From a virus, in the IMG/VR virus record IMGVR_UViG_3300007352_000398: a DNA stretch of 64,000 bases, one strand, 5' to 3'. Shown here piece after piece: positions 21,738-30,939 of the stretch. A program made the translations under genes and the position numbers. Numbering within the stretch: position 1 is the stretch's first letter; each line of letters opens with the position of its first letter. Under the pieces are notes generated by a model. It searched no databases. It was not told where the DNA came from and worked only from the letters and a program-made list of their open reading frames with translations.

Positions 21738-22388
21738 CTACTCTTTTTCCTTTTTAACGTAAACTGTATATTCATATAGACCATAATCATTTCTGATCAC
21801 AAAATCCCTAGTAATATCTTTACAGAGAAAATTGGCCATTTCATCCATAGGTAAATGAAACAATTCATTTCTTTCCCAATCAACTTGCTTACTCATAACG
21901 TTGAATGCGAGGCCAACTCTTATTTTAGGCCACAAACTTTTAATTGTACTTTTAAAAAACTCAAGCATTTGTTCGTGGGTCAATCCAATTTTCATTGTAA
22001 AAACTCCGTTGAGAACAGCATAATCATACGTTTCTAACCGTGCTGCATTTTCAATGACATCCAATTGAATAAATTGGGTGTCTGAATACTTTTTTTTACA
22101 GTAATCAATAAACTTTGGACTGATATCTGCGCCGATGTATTCGAGATTAGTGAACTTACCCTTAGCTTGTTCATTTCTAATAAAATCTAAAAGCAGGGCC
22201 GTTCCGCAACCAAAATCTAATAGTTTGACTTTGCGCCACAATGGAGTTTGTCGAGGGGCGGTTAAATCAAGCATTACTCGAAATCGTTTCTCCAAATCAT
22301 CCATATTTGGCCAATCAACCCCTTTTGGGGTGTCGCCAAAAGTTTCAAAACATTTCTCGTAGTGTCGATAAATTTGATGATAATCCAT
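21738..22388 (-). CDS. Class I SAM-dependent methyltransferase
   Basis: LLDFGCGTA, GADISPKF and YDYAVLNGVF. Confidence 0.85.
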   Translation of the reverse strand: MDYHQIYRHYEKCFETFGDTPKGVDWPNMDDLEKRFRVMLDLTAPRQTPLWRKVKLLDFGCGTALLLDFIRNEQAKGKFTNLEYIGADISPKFIDYCKKKYSDTQFIQLDVIENAARLETYDYAVLNGVFTMKIGLTHEQMLEFFKSTIKSLWPKIRVGLAFNVMSKQVDWERNELFHLPMDEMANFLCKDITRDFVIRNDYGLYEYTVYVKKEKE

Positions 22389-23134
22389 TAAAACCCTCCG
22401 TGCTGCTTAATTATGTCAGGAATTGTAACGATACTATTTTCCGCGTCATTCCACCAAGCCTCAAACTGATCATACAGATAAAAGTTTTGATTTCCACCGC
22501 CGACTGGCTTGTTACCCGAATTCACATTCTTAAGGTTCATTCCATAACAATATAGATAATCTATTTTATGTAAGTGTATTAGATACAAATCTTCAAACCG
22601 ATTTAATGGCCGATCAGACTTAACCCATTCTGGGTCATATAAACCATGGGCTCCAGGACCCCAAGAAATCTTATCGAAGTCGATGGCTGGTTTGTCATAT
22701 GGGTTTGCTCGGCACCAATACGAACGTTGGGCTAGAATTGATTTATTAAAATCAATCGCTGTTTCAGCTTTTCTATTTTGAACTATTTCATATCCTGTAC
22801 AAGTCGCAAATCGTAATCCATGACAGTTATCAATAAATTTATCTAAGCCACTTGGATGATAAATAATCTCATCGTAATCCGCATACATTACACTATCGTA
22901 TATAGTAAATAATGAATTTTTAAACTCTGTTAAGTAACCATAATTTCCTATGTCATATATATTTCGACCACACCTTATAACATTACACGTCAAATCTTTG
23001 ATGTAACTTTCTGGACTATTAAAACTTAATATGTAAATATCAGAGTCATTAAAAAATTTGCGGTAGTAGCAATACCAAATTTTAAAAAATTCGTGTCCAT
23101 CTGCAATGATGGTAATAATTGCTTTACGTTTCAT
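22388..23134 (-). CDS. Glycosyltransferase-like protein (GT-A, DxDE motif)
   Basis: FFKIWYCYY, YADYDEI, YDKP and LIHLHKID; paralog of 24827..25594. Confidence 0.6.
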   Translation of the reverse strand: MKRKAIITIIADGHEFFKIWYCYYRKFFNDSDIYILSFNSPESYIKDLTCNVIRCGRNIYDIGNYGYLTEFKNSLFTIYDSVMYADYDEIIYHPSGLDKFIDNCHGLRFATCTGYEIVQNRKAETAIDFNKSILAQRSYWCRANPYDKPAIDFDKISWGPGAHGLYDPEWVKSDRPLNRFEDLYLIHLHKIDYLYCYGMNLKNVNSGNKPVGGGNQNFYLYDQFEAWWNDAENSIVTIPDIIKQHGGF

Positions 23135-24215
23135 TAACTACCTTGGCAATGAATTCTATGTCAGTGGCCTCTAATGTTTGATAACAGGGCAAACAAATTA
23201 CTTGTTCTGCCAACATATCGGCTACTGGATAATGCTTTACATTTTTTCGTTTCTTATAAAGTGGATGTAAATGGAGTGGTTTATAGTACTGTCGAAATCC
23301 TATCTCGCTTTTACTTAATCTATGCTTAAGAGCATCTATATCTCCTAAGTACCGAAATGGATAGAACGGGTACGTATGCAACTCAACTGCGGCATGATTC
23401 TGTAGCCAGATTTTTTTATTATCTTTAAACAATTCATTATATATCGATGCTAAAAATCTTCTTTTTTTGAGTATTTCTGCATTAATGTCTAACACGGCAA
23501 GCCCCACGGCAGCCTGAAAATCTGACATTTTAGCGTTAGTGCCAATCATATCAGTTTCCGCATTCTCATTTAATCCAAAATTGGATAGCCTCCGACACTT
23601 TTGTAAAAATTTTGCGTCTTTAGAAACTACTAATCCTCCTTCGCCGACCCCTAGACTTTTTGTGATATGCAAAGAGTATATTTCACAAATTCCTGAATTT
23701 TCCGGTGTATATCCAAATGGATATACTGCGCCAAAAGCAGCGGCAGAATCAAAAATTAACTGGATATCATGTTTTTTACAAAACCTAATATAGGGTAATG
23801 GATCAGTAACCAATCCTAACGGATGAACAACTATCATAGCAGCTGTGCGTTTATTTCGTCTCCTTTGTGCATCACCTAAACACAAGTGCCAAGTATCGGG
23901 GTTTGAATCGACAAGAATTGCGCGATAACCTAATCGCTCAACGGCGTGAGCCGTTGCTGCGAAAGTAAACGTAGGAACTAAGATTTCAGCGTCAGCCTCT
24001 AAGTCTAGAGCCATTAAAGCAAGTTCTAAACCCAATGTTGCATTGCAGCATGTCAATGGCTCATTGCTAAGTTTTAGTGCTTCTTTAATACGAGTTTGAA
24101 ATAATTCAACCGCAGGCCCGAAGTTGCAAAATATGCTTTTTTCATAAGAAGTATCCAGATATTTGATCCACTCACCAGGCAATGGTGGTGACGGTTTGAT
24201 AAGTGGGTAACGCAT
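23124..24215 (-). CDS. DegT/DnrJ/EryC1/StrS PLP-dependent sugar aminotransferase
   Basis: NATLGLELAL, PTFTFAATA, FDSAAAFG, SLHITKSLGVGEGG and NAKMSDFQAA. Confidence 0.9.
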   Translation of the reverse strand: MRYPLIKPSPPLPGEWIKYLDTSYEKSIFCNFGPAVELFQTRIKEALKLSNEPLTCCNATLGLELALMALDLEADAEILVPTFTFAATAHAVERLGYRAILVDSNPDTWHLCLGDAQRRRNKRTAAMIVVHPLGLVTDPLPYIRFCKKHDIQLIFDSAAAFGAVYPFGYTPENSGICEIYSLHITKSLGVGEGGLVVSKDAKFLQKCRRLSNFGLNENAETDMIGTNAKMSDFQAAVGLAVLDINAEILKKRRFLASIYNELFKDNKKIWLQNHAAVELHTYPFYPFRYLGDIDALKHRLSKSEIGFRQYYKPLHLHPLYKKRKNVKHYPVADMLAEQVICLPCYQTLEATDIEFIAKVVNET

Positions 24216-24261
24216 TTTCTACATGGTAGAGATGAAATAGTAGTTTTCAACAAATGCACGA

Positions 24262-24468
24262 TTACATTAATAACACGTTAAAGGTCATCGGATCACGCAA
24301 TGGAGGCATCAATCTACTTGGATAACGTAAATAGGGAAATCTTGATGAATATTTCATCAACTCTGGAATATACCCAACTTCCAATTCTTCGAAACGATCG
24401 TCTTCAGTATCACCGATATTTCCAGGACGACGTTGAATTTTATAGATGGATAAATAACCAGGACGCAT
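24262..24468 (-). CDS. Small hypothetical protein
   Basis: 68-aa ORF filling the gap; TAAAAT lies 5 nt before ATG. Confidence 0.45.
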   Translation of the reverse strand: MRPGYLSIYKIQRRPGNIGDTEDDRFEELEVGYIPELMKYSSRFPYLRYPSRLMPPLRDPMTFNVLLM

Positions 24469-24489
24469 AATTTATTTTAGCAAAGTGTA

Positions 24490-24517
24490 TTGACATCTTT
24501 AAAAAGTCGCATATAAT
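24490..24517 (+). promoter_or_regulatory. Consensus sigma70 promoter of tRNA operon
   Basis: TTGACA (24490-24495), 16-nt spacer, TATAAT (24512-24517), 10 nt before tRNA-fMet. Confidence 0.85.
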
Positions 24518-24527
24518 GATATAACAT

Positions 24528-24601
24528 CGCGGGATAGAGCAGCCAGGTAGCTCGTCAGGCTCATAACCTGAAGGCCGTGGGTTCGAATCCCTCTCCCGCT
24601 A
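24528..24601 (+). tRNA. tRNA-fMet (CAT), initiator-type
   Basis: Cloverleaf with mismatched 1:72 pair (C1/T72), anticodon arm TCAGG-CTCATAA-CCTGA and T-loop GTTCGAAT. CCA is not encoded. Confidence 0.9.
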
Positions 24602-24603
24602 TT

Positions 24604-24666
24604 ACGGGCCGTTGTAATTTGGTTACCCAAGAAAAGTGTATGACCCAAATTACGCAACTTGCTCGT
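24604..24666 (+). ncRNA. Putative hairpin small RNA within tRNA operon
   Basis: ACGGGC/GCTCGT, GTTG/CAAC and TAATTTGG/CCAAATTA stems with a purine-rich loop; lies 2 nt after tRNA-fMet. Confidence 0.4.
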
Positions 24667-24675
24667 TCAAAATTA

Positions 24676-24749
24676 GGGGCCGTAGCACAATTGGGAGTTG
24701 CATCTGGTTTGCAACCAGAGGGTTGAGGGTTCAAATCCCTTCGGTTCCA
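24676..24749 (+). tRNA. tRNA-Ala (TGC)
   Basis: Anticodon arm TCTGG-TTTGCAA-CCAGA, G3:U70 Ala identity pair, A73. Confidence 0.9.
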
Positions 24750-24752
24750 TCG

Positions 24753-24826
24753 CGGGAAGTAGCTCAACTTGGAAGAGCACTAGCTTTGGGAGCTAGGGGC
24801 TGCAGGTTCAAATCCTGTCTTCCCGA
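24753..24826 (+). tRNA. tRNA-Pro (TGG)
   Basis: Acceptor CGGGAAG/CTTCCCG, anticodon arm CTAGC-TTTGGGA-GCTAG, T-loop GTTCAAAT. Confidence 0.9.
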
Positions 24827-25594
24827 TCAAACTACTACTTTCATATAAGACGGAAGTAGAGTTATTTTTGGAGCAACTGCTCCAAACCACTGTTTGATCT
24901 CATCACGTTCCAATTGATTATGAAAACCACCTATAGTCGCTTGACTTTTCCGTGTTGAATTAGCTTTCTTTAACTTTACACAATGTTCAAAGTCTATCTT
25001 ATGAAGATGAATCAACAACAAATTATCTAAATATTTCGGTTTAAGAACACAATTTTCTGTTCTTGAAGTGTTACCTTTGACGATTTCTCGCTCTTGAATA
25101 ATACTATGATTCCCATGTGCCCACTTAACATCGATCGCAGTAATTAAACTTTTATCATACATTGGGCATCGATACCAATAATTCCTCTGCTTCAACAACG
25201 GTTCATTCCAATTAATGGGGGGCTCTTTTTCAATTTTATGGACAACTTCATAGCCCTGCGTTGTATAATAATCCCACCCAAGGTTAAGAACATAATTTAG
25301 TCCCTTGGGGTGATAAACGATCTCATCGTAATCTGCGTACATAACATAATTATAAGTATCCAATAATTTTGTCTTAAGATCATTTATTAATTTATTACCA
25401 ACAGGCACGTCTTCAATAGCCGCTTGATCCACAGAAATTATATTACAATTCATACCGCTTAATGAATTATCAGTACTTTGATAATCAAATATATAAATAT
25501 CTTTCGCATCAAAAAACTGCCGATAATATCGCCACCAAACCTTGATAAATTCGTTACCATTCTGAACTATTGTAAGTAATGCTGAGTTGCCCAT
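24827..25594 (-). CDS. Glycosyltransferase-like protein (paralog of 22388..23134)
   Basis: FIKVWWRYY, YADYDEIVYHPKG, YDKS and LIHLHKID. Confidence 0.6.
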   Translation of the reverse strand: MGNSALLTIVQNGNEFIKVWWRYYRQFFDAKDIYIFDYQSTDNSLSGMNCNIISVDQAAIEDVPVGNKLINDLKTKLLDTYNYVMYADYDEIVYHPKGLNYVLNLGWDYYTTQGYEVVHKIEKEPPINWNEPLLKQRNYWYRCPMYDKSLITAIDVKWAHGNHSIIQEREIVKGNTSRTENCVLKPKYLDNLLLIHLHKIDFEHCVKLKKANSTRKSQATIGGFHNQLERDEIKQWFGAVAPKITLLPSYMKVVV

Positions 25595-25625
25595 AAAACA
25601 AATAGGAGGGGTTGCCCCCTCCTAT
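25595..25625 (-). terminator. Intrinsic terminator
   Basis: 10-bp stem ATAGGAGGGG/CCCCTCCTAT, GCAA loop and TTGTTTT tail on the minus strand. Confidence 0.75.
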
Positions 25626-25652
25626 CATACCTAAGTCAACAGTTTTCAGCTA

Positions 25653-25967
25653 TTAGCTATTAACAGTTTCCTCGGATTCAACTTCGACGTTGCTTTCATC
25701 CGAGTCTTCATCTTTTGAATCCAACTTATTAAGAGCCTCCGTCCAAGATGTCCGCAACTCAGTAAACTCCTGATCGAACTTCTCTAGAAGTTGTTTAGCC
25801 AACTCTGGATCGATTGTATAGGTGTAACCCTTAGTTAAATTAGTAAGCAAATTAATATATTTGCTAAACTTTACACCACGATCCTTTGCGAGTCGAACAA
25901 ACTTATCCTGTTTTGACTCCCCGGGGACTGCTTTCTTTGCTTTAGGTTTCTTAGTTGAACTAGCCAT
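25653..25967 (-). CDS. Small conserved phage-type helical protein
   Basis: ESKQDKFVRLAKDR...LTNL...Y.Y pattern typical of a widespread small phage family; AGGAG SD. Confidence 0.6.
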   Translation of the reverse strand: MASSTKKPKAKKAVPGESKQDKFVRLAKDRGVKFSKYINLLTNLTKGYTYTIDPELAKQLLEKFDQEFTELRTSWTEALNKLDSKDEDSDESNVEVESEETVNS

Positions 25968-26017
25968 TTTTTACTCCTGAGTGCAATTTAAAACATATAT
26001 TTAATCGCGCAAGAAGC

Positions 26018-26812
26018 TTAATTAAGAACAAATTCGTAAGGAGTAGCTAATAACCACATCCGAATCTGAGATGCTGATACTGCCATAGCTATTCCAGGCA
26101 AAGGATGAAATTCATTTTCAAACCGCACAGCAAGTACTTGGCTATTTACACCTAATAATTTGCCATTTTCACAAAAAACACCACCACCACTAAATCCGAC
26201 AATCGCAAAGCCATTTATCCGCAACTCTGGTTTAAAAGTAATGATTCGACCGGATGTAACATATGGATTCTCCCCAAGTCCACAGCCAACAGATCGAACA
26301 CTGTCATATAGCCTAAGTTGATTATATTCACTAGTTGATAACAACTTGGCAGTTGTAAATGTTATACCAGATTCGAATACTAACAGAGCTAAATCTAAAG
26401 ATTTGTCAGCCATGAGGACTTTGGCATCATATGAAATAAACTCAGAAACCACTCGCAAATTACTTAAACGAAAGGTATCAATTCGTAATTTTTCAGCTTT
26501 GTCAATAACATGAAAATTAGTTAAAACATATGTTTGGCATATATTACTATTTTTAGGGAACCCACTCCAAACTACTACTCCAGTCCCTGTCATTTCATGA
26601 GTTAAATCAACAACTCTAACAGTTAAGTCCAATACTTGGTAGCATAGGGCTTGTTCCTTAGTAAGAATTTGTTCTTCTGGAACAGGTACTTTATAAATTA
26701 AAGATATAGTTCCTATTGTCGAAGCCCCTAAGATCATGCCCATTAAATATGCCCAAAGACCTCGGACGCGCATGTATTCATTGTCCAACAATTTAAGTTC
26801 AAAGTCAATCAA
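26018..26812 (-). CDS. Membrane-anchored trypsin-like (S1) serine protease
   Basis: Catalytic triad motifs LTNFHV, DLALL and GFSGGG; N-terminal TM; no PDZ. Confidence 0.85.
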   Translation of the reverse strand: MIDFELKLLDNEYMRVRGLWAYLMGMILGASTIGTISLIYKVPVPEEQILTKEQALCYQVLDLTVRVVDLTHEMTGTGVVVWSGFPKNSNICQTYVLTNFHVIDKAEKLRIDTFRLSNLRVVSEFISYDAKVLMADKSLDLALLVFESGITFTTAKLLSTSEYNQLRLYDSVRSVGCGLGENPYVTSGRIITFKPELRINGFAIVGFSGGGVFCENGKLLGVNSQVLAVRFENEFHPLPGIAMAVSASQIRMWLLATPYEFVLN

Positions 26813-26827
26813 GGTAATATGTAAACC

Positions 26828-28630
26828 ATGGAAACTATTGTTGGAATTGACCTGGGAACTACTAATTCAGCTATTGCTTATGTCGCTGAGGGAAAACCTC
26901 GAATTATTCTTAATAAACACAGTCGAAACACCACTCCGTCTGTCGTAGCATTTGTAGGAGATAAAATCTTAGTTGGAAAAGAAGCAAGAAATCAGGCAGC
27001 TACAAATCCGATTAAAACGTTTAGCTCAGTTAAGCGTATTATTGGCCGCCGTGTTAAAGAAATTCCCGATGCAGCAAAAAAAGTGCCCTACTCACTAGTA
27101 GGCCGTCCCGAAGATCCAGTTCAACTTCTCATTGATAATAAAGGATTTATGCCACAGCAAATATCTGCTGAAGTTTTGAAAGAACTAAAACACGACGCAG
27201 AAAAGTTTTTTGGACACTCCGTAACAGAAGTTGTTATAACTGTTCCGGCCTACTTTAATGATGGACAACGCCAAGCTACAAAGCAAGCAGGCGAGCTAGC
27301 TGGGTTTAATGTGCGTCGAATTATCAATGAACCAACAGCGGCGGCCCTTGCTTATGGGATAACGTCAGATCCCAGTGCTTTCAAAAAAATTGCAGTGTTT
27401 GACCTCGGAGGCGGGACTTTTGACATATCCATTTTAGAAATTGGCGGTGGTGTGTGGGAAGTGAAAGCCACAAATGGAGATACATTCTTAGGTGGCGATG
27501 ACTTTGATCGAGAAATCACTAATCTTTTAGTTAAAACGCATTTTGCACAAACTGGATTCGACATTAGAGATGATTTGTCAGCTTATCAGCGTTTAAAAGA
27601 AGCTGCTGAGCAAGCAAAGTGCGAACTCTCAACACAATTTGAAACTAAAATAAACCTGGCATTCGCCAATAACGGAGAAACATCTCATCTCGAATTTACA
27701 CTAACTCGTGCAAAATTCGAAAGTTTAATAGAATCATATTTAAAGCGTGTCGAAGCTTGCTGCCGTCAAGCTCTTGCAGATGCTAACCTATCTCCAAAGG
27801 AAATAGACGAAGTAATCATGGTTGGTGGCGCGACTAGAACGCCAATCGTCAAAGCATTGGCAAAAAAGATTTTTGTTCGTGAACCAAACACCTCCGTTGA
27901 TCCAGATGAAGTCGTAGCTCTAGGGGCAGCACTCCAAGGAGCAATTTTATCAGGAGAACAAAAAAATATGATCCTAGTAGACGTGACACCACTCTCACTA
28001 GGAATAGAAACAGAACACGATGCAATGGACGTTTTAATTCCACGAAATTCACCAATTCCATGCACAGTAAAAGAAATTTATACCACTACCGAAGATGAGC
28101 AACAGGAGGTAGACGTTTTTGTTTATCAGGGGGAAAGTCGCTACGTTTACAAAAATCGCCTATTAGGACAATTTGTATTAGATGGAATCGAACCTGCCGA
28201 AGCAGGTGATCCTCAAATTGAAGTTAAGTTTAGCATCGATACAGACGGAATCCTTCAAGTCTCTGCCAAAAACTTAGCCACCGGATCTGAACAAAATATT
28301 ACTATTAAAGATTCTTCGTCAGTAAATGAAGAGGAAATAGAACGTCTTAAAAATGTTATTGATCCCGAAGAAGATGAAGATTATGACGAAGAGGACGACG
28401 ACCTGTCCGATGAGGATTTAGTCGAAGCAGCTGACGCTCTGTTGCGGGAGACAACAGAGGGTCTTAAGGAATTTTCGGGTCTGCTAGACGTAGATATCAC
28501 AGCTAAAGTAAGAACTGCTAAAGAAAACTTAGCGGTTGCATTAGACAGCGAAGATTTAGATCAAGTCGAAGACGCAATGACCGAACTCCTTCAACTGTGG
28601 GAAGAAGTTGAAGATAAAGTTAGCGAATAA
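26828..28630 (+). CDS. dnaK: Hsp70/DnaK chaperone, divergent copy with acidic tail
   Basis: [45 protein letters not shown] and [10 protein letters not shown]. Confidence 0.95.
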   Translation: METIVGIDLGTTNSAIAYVAEGKPRIILNKHSRNTTPSVVAFVGDKILVGKEARNQAATNPIKTFSSVKRIIGRRVKEIPDAAKKVPYSLVGRPEDPVQLLIDNKGFMPQQISAEVLKELKHDAEKFFGHSVTEVVITVPAYFNDGQRQATKQAGELAGFNVRRIINEPTAAALAYGITSDPSAFKKIAVFDLGGGTFDISILEIGGGVWEVKATNGDTFLGGDDFDREITNLLVKTHFAQTGFDIRDDLSAYQRLKEAAEQAKCELSTQFETKINLAFANNGETSHLEFTLTRAKFESLIESYLKRVEACCRQALADANLSPKEIDEVIMVGGATRTPIVKALAKKIFVREPNTSVDPDEVVALGAALQGAILSGEQKNMILVDVTPLSLGIETEHDAMDVLIPRNSPIPCTVKEIYTTTEDEQQEVDVFVYQGESRYVYKNRLLGQFVLDGIEPAEAGDPQIEVKFSIDTDGILQVSAKNLATGSEQNITIKDSSSVNEEEIERLKNVIDPEEDEDYDEEDDDLSDEDLVEAADALLRETTEGLKEFSGLLDVDITAKVRTAKENLAVALDSEDLDQVEDAMTELLQLWEEVEDKVSE

Positions 28631-28634
28631 TTAT

Positions 28635-29108
28635 TTAAAACATCAACAATCCAAGACCTACGAGGGCTGCTACCATACCTAAACGTGCTTGTTGTGATGT
28701 TACTCCTGCCCTTTGAAAAAGCCTACGCTTTTCACGCGTTGGTGCCTCAAATTTAGGCAAAAGCATAACGGGTTTATCACTTTCAACAGGGCCCGGAGCA
28801 GCTTGTGGAGCAGCCTGTTGTTGTGGTCCATAATACGGATACCCTGGATATGCATACGGATACCCTGGATAATACCCAGGATAAACAACTTGTCTTGTTG
28901 GCTCTAAAGGCGTAGCAATAATCCCACCCGATGTGGGTGCCATAACCGGACCTGCACTTGGAGCACCGCCACCGCCGCCATTTCCTCCTGTGGATGATCC
29001 GCCTCCGCCTCCGCCTCCGCCTCCGCCTCCTTCGCCACCCTCAGCTCCAAATCCCCAGACTCTATTTAGTCCACCATAATTACCGCGGAGTTTAGCCCGT
29101 ATATACAT
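28635..29108 (-). CDS. Gly/Tyr/Pro-rich tail-anchored protein
   Basis: N-terminus homologous to 2189..2647, poly-Gly, GYPY repeats and C-terminal TM. Confidence 0.7.
   Translation of the reverse strand: MYIRAKLRGNYGGLNRVWGFGAEGGEGGGGGGGGGGGSSTGGNGGGGGAPSAGPVMAPTSGGIIATPLEPTRQVVYPGYYPGYPYAYPGYPYYGPQQQAAPQAAPGPVESDKPVMLLPKFEAPTREKRRLFQRAGVTSQQARLGMVAALVGLGLLMF
28999..29030. repeat. (CCGCCT)n microsatellite encoding poly-Gly
   Basis: About five tandem hexamers. Confidence 0.85.
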
Positions 29109-29110
29109 AG

Positions 29111-29476
29111 TTATCCTCTTTGTCTCTTTCTAATAAAGATTTTTTGATAATTCTCATCATCATATGATGCAAAATTCCACTGAGTTTGTGAAAGAGGAAT
29201 TGCTGTATAATCAAAATTTAAGTATCTATATAAAGGATGATCCTCCAAACTATTTTGGACGGCGTTTAAAATAGCTGGTAAATTGTCTTTTTTGTCGTCG
29301 GACAAAACTAATAATAGCTTAACACTCGTTCGAGTTTTTTTCGAATCAGTTTTTACTTTTTCTAACCCTTGTGCTAGCAACCCAACTTCCTCCTCCACTT
29401 CAAGAAGCCTTCTGTACATTAACGCTCCAGCGTGTTTATCAGCATAACGAATTGAAAATAGTTCAGCTCTAGTCAT
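29111..29476 (-). CDS. Hypothetical protein
   Basis: 121-aa ORF in operon-like spacing. Confidence 0.55.
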   Translation of the reverse strand: MTRAELFSIRYADKHAGALMYRRLLEVEEEVGLLAQGLEKVKTDSKKTRTSVKLLLVLSDDKKDNLPAILNAVQNSLEDHPLYRYLNFDYTAIPLSQTQWNFASYDDENYQKIFIRKRQRG

Positions 29477-29482
29477 GACGCC

Positions 29483-29818
29483 TCACTTCTTTGTTAAGAG
29501 GTTAAGGTAAATAGAAAGAGTTGCCATAGCTGCCAAGTATAAAAGACTTTTTTTCATAAATGAAGAAAGAGAAACTAACTCTTCAACAGCAATTTTAGTT
29601 TTATAATCAAACCGACGTGCAAGTTCTTCGATAGGAATATTTTTAATTCTTTGTATATATGCATCCATATCATCAACGGATGCTTCTACCTTGGTTAGAA
29701 CTTCGCGCCCTTGATGAATTGCACCCTGCGCTTCTTGAATAGCCGCGTCCGCACGCTGAGCAGCGACATTCACAGCCTTAACTGACTTTTTAGTGCTTGA
29801 AAATAATCCACCTAGCAT
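29483..29818 (-). CDS. Coiled-coil tail-anchored protein
   Basis: N-terminal MLGGLF, coiled coil, C-terminal TM plus KK; TATAAT lies 7 nt upstream. Confidence 0.65.
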   Translation of the reverse strand: MLGGLFSSTKKSVKAVNVAAQRADAAIQEAQGAIHQGREVLTKVEASVDDMDAYIQRIKNIPIEELARRFDYKTKIAVEELVSLSSFMKKSLLYLAAMATLSIYLNLLTKK

Positions 29819-29838
29819 GATTTTAATTATAACATATC

Positions 29839-30939
29839 ATGTATCAAATGACGGCGAATGAAGATATTTCTGATATGTTTAATGATCTATTCAAATCCAG
29901 TGATAATGAATTCGATTTCCACATTGTTCCTCGTGGCGATGGTCCTTTTCGTGAAAAATACCGTCCTCAGAAGCTAGCTGAACTGGTCCCCACCTGCCAG
30001 ATTGGACAATTACGCAACATAATCAGCACCCCCTCTATATCTCAAGTATTTCTTTGCGAAGGGATAACAGGAACTGGAAAAACCACTTGTGCGCGAATAT
30101 TAGCCAAGGCATTTATATGCACTCACCCCAATGCACATGAAAAACCATGCTTAGACTGTGATAACTGCAATTCTTTCGATAAAAGTTTTGATGTCACGTA
30201 TCTTAACGCGGCAAATCAGAACAAAATTGAAGACGTGCGTGAGTTAGTTGATGGAATGCGTTATGGTCCAGCCGTTTATCCAAAAAAAATCTATATTTTG
30301 GACGAAGTCCAACGACTCACGTCAGCAGCTCAACAGGTCTTACTTACTGAATTGGAAGAACCACTTCCCTACTTATTAATATTTTTATGCACCACCTCAT
30401 CAAAAGATTTAGAAAAACCACTCCGAGATCGTGCGTTAACAATTACATTTGAAGAACTAAAACCAGCCCAAGCTCGTGCAATTGTAAAACAGGTTGCAGA
30501 ACATGAAAATATTTCTATTCCTGACGATCTAATCGAAAGTTTTTTTCAACAAGCCAAAGGCTCAATAAGAGCTTTGCTAAATAACATTCAATTATATATA
30601 AATGAGGGTTATGATCCGAGAAAAATTGACGATGAGGATGCTAGTCCCCAGGTTCAAGCGTTATTTAAGGCTATCACTTCTAGTAACTGGTCTGATCTTA
30701 GTAAACTTCTAAAAAATCCACGGGTTAGAAGTGAAGCCGAAGCTTTACGTATGGGACTAGAAAACTACTTTCGAGCAGTAATCCTTAAAACTGATTCCTT
30801 GAGCGATGCTATCAAATTATCCGAATCCTTAATGCGTATTATCGGATCTTCCTATAATGAACCCTCCATAGTTCAATATAATAATTTTGTATTAAAATGC
30901 ACACGGGCCTGTGCAATCTCTGCTAAGTTTAATTTGTGA
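29839..30939 (+). CDS. dnaX: DNA polymerase III gamma/tau-like clamp loader ATPase
   Basis: EKYRPQKL, GITGTGKTT, C4 Zn module (CTH...PCLDCDNC), NAANQNKIEDVR and ILDEVQRLT. Confidence 0.9.
   Translation: MYQMTANEDISDMFNDLFKSSDNEFDFHIVPRGDGPFREKYRPQKLAELVPTCQIGQLRNIISTPSISQVFLCEGITGTGKTTCARILAKAFICTHPNAHEKPCLDCDNCNSFDKSFDVTYLNAANQNKIEDVRELVDGMRYGPAVYPKKIYILDEVQRLTSAAQQVLLTELEEPLPYLLIFLCTTSSKDLEKPLRDRALTITFEELKPAQARAIVKQVAEHENISIPDDLIESFFQQAKGSIRALLNNIQLYINEGYDPRKIDDEDASPQVQALFKAITSSNWSDLSKLLKNPRVRSEAEALRMGLENYFRAVILKTDSLSDAIKLSESLMRIIGSSYNEPSIVQYNNFVLKCTRACAISAKFNL

Noticed and set aside
24676-24749. tRNA-Cys (GCA) reading of the second tRNA
   Set aside because: The 7-nt loop TTTGCAA centres on TGC, and G3:U70 plus A73 identify Ala.
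24561-24848. ORFs 24561..24767 (-) and 24636..24848 (+)
   Set aside because: They overlap well-formed tRNA genes; spurious.
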